This document shows positions 63,401-64,000 of a stretch of 64,000 bases of DNA, piece by piece. The first letter of the stretch is position 1. Each line of letters begins with the position of its first letter. The stretch comes from Squalus acanthias (lineage: Eukaryota), in the NCBI GenBank assembly GCA_030390025.1, contig JASTWF010000034.1, positions 558,001 through 622,000 of the forward strand. Reading direction: 5' to 3'. Both the position numbers and the translations under genes were made by a program. The notes beneath the pieces are model-generated. The model was not told where the DNA came from, did no database searches, and saw only the letters and a list, made by a program, of their open reading frames with translations.

Positions 63401-63770
63401 CCTACCCCATGGAGGCGGCGTTCTTCTTCACTTTTGCCTTTCCAGAAGAAGGTGTAACCACAGCCTTGCTCCTTGAGCTGGCCTTCCTCTGGCCACTGGG
63501 TCTCGCTTAGGGTGGTGATGTCTATGTCGAAACGTCTGAGCTCCCGGGCAACGATAGCACAATGGTGTTCCGGTCTGTCGCTGTTGGGCTTGTCCATGAG
63601 GGTCCTGATGTTCCAGGTCCCGAACTTCATTTTAAAGGGTGGAAGATGCCTGTGCGTGAATTCTTTTAACGTGGGGTGGCCGTTGCACACCAGCTACCAC
63701 ACAGGCTTGACAGAGCAAGGTCTTGGTCCAATGGCAAGGGGATCCAAGACGATTGGAGACCAGGCTCTGC
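60429..63770 (-). mobile_element. Near-full-length RTE-clade LINE, frameshifted
   Basis: MKFGTWNIRTL, ISAYAPT, GDFN, LDYVI, CGNYRAVSLL, DLIKAFD, GVKQGCVIA, LYASETWT; C-terminal CPTCDRDCRSRIGLISHLRTH; single ORF, no ORF1. Confidence 0.93.
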
Positions 63771-63940
63771 TACATCGGCCGAGCACACACACACAAACCC
63801 ACTCCTACTGTCCTCCTCCCTCTTCCCGCAGGTCCTCTCTGCCTGGGTTTCATAGGCTGCAGTGTGGTCCTCCCGACCCCGCTGCGCCACTCCTGGGCAT
63901 CGACCTCGCCCCTGGGCCCCGCCCTTCTCATCGTGTGCCT

Positions 63941-64000
63941 CCTTCCAGTGAGTGTGTCCCGCGGTGTGTCTCCTTCCAGTGAGTGTGTCCCGCGGTGTGT
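63941..64000. repeat. Start of a 31-bp tandem repeat at the window edge
   Basis: ccttccagtgagtgtgtcccgcggtgtgtct, about two copies. Confidence 0.7.

Overview
Eukaryotic DNA, almost certainly from a cartilaginous fish (shark): it contains HE1-type V-SINE and SacSINE1/DeuSINE-type elements and shark-type CR1 LINEs. About 85% is repetitive. Bases 1-8573 are a G-rich 79/80-bp satellite with ~3-kb higher-order structure. The rest is nested CR1 LINEs (two essentially full length, with esterase ORF1), a second CR1-group LINE family, a near-full-length RTE LINE, SINEs and at least six minisatellites. Non-repeat content: (i) one KRAB-less tandem C2H2 zinc-finger gene (26.5-27.6 kb), with three upstream fingers broken by in-frame TGA codons and ACG at the likely start; (ii) its promoter, a CCAAT/GC-box core between near-perfect 139-bp inverted repeats that each carry a first-exon splice donor; (iii) remnants of paralogous ZNF promoters/introns at 12.6, 45.6, 47.2 and 51.7 kb, so this looks like a decaying ZNF cluster; (iv) an orphan exon 1 of sepiapterin reductase. 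Best candidates for new biology: the mirror-symmetric promoter cassette, the stop-codon/ACG architecture of the ZNF gene, and splice-donor-rich tandem repeats at the 5' ends of full-length CR1s. Family names come from my recognition of motifs, not database searches.
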